Positions 63,901 to 64,000 of a stretch of 64,000 bases of DNA are shown one piece after another. Location of the stretch: assembly GCA_051362555.1 (NCBI GenBank), contig CM120644.1:13042567-13106566 (forward strand). The letters run 5' to 3'. Source of the stretch: Lingula anatina (taxonomy: Eukaryota > Animalia > Brachiopoda). Within the stretch, counting starts at the first letter, position 1, and the number at the start of each line of letters is the position of its first letter. The position numbers and the translations under genes are program-made. Below the pieces are notes generated by a model. It had not been told where the DNA came from and did not search any database. It was given only the letters and a program-made list of their open reading frames with translations.

Positions 63901-64000
63901 CTTGAATTGGGAAGGAAGAAAGAAATGAATGCATCTATAACGCAAATTTATATTGGATAAAAAAAGGAAAGAGGACTGCTCACACACACACACACACGCA

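Overview
AT-rich, intron-containing, microsatellite-rich animal genomic DNA; the repeat landscape suggests a mollusc or other lophotrochozoan (inference). Almost none of the supplied ORFs is a whole gene, so I assembled genes by hand from GT-AG junctions with consistent phases. Genes: two divergently oriented leaderless beta-trefoil (IL-1/FGF-like) paralogs (5838-8341 minus; 51821-55660 plus), a single-MRH-domain CD-MPR/Atg27-like membrane protein (12996-16573 minus), a tandem pair of secreted Cys-rich EEP-superfamily hydrolases (17552-29934 with a premature stop; 31946-39684 intact), two convergent tiny prepropeptide genes releasing 15-16 aa six-cysteine peptides (41614-42368 plus; 48552-48884 minus) plus a pseudo-exon copy, a reeler-domain protein (57088-61670) and the 3' end of a TTLL4-like gene (61828-63900 minus). 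Mobile DNA: two complete 323-bp TRIMs whose LTRs carry a tRNA-Thr(TGT)-like cassette, a 5.15-kb CACTG-ended element, Tc1 relics, several MITE families and HINE/Helitron-like elements. The most notable items are the conotoxin-like micro-peptide family, the IL-1-like paralogs and the tRNA-LTR TRIMs. All family assignments come from motifs and recall; no database search was run.
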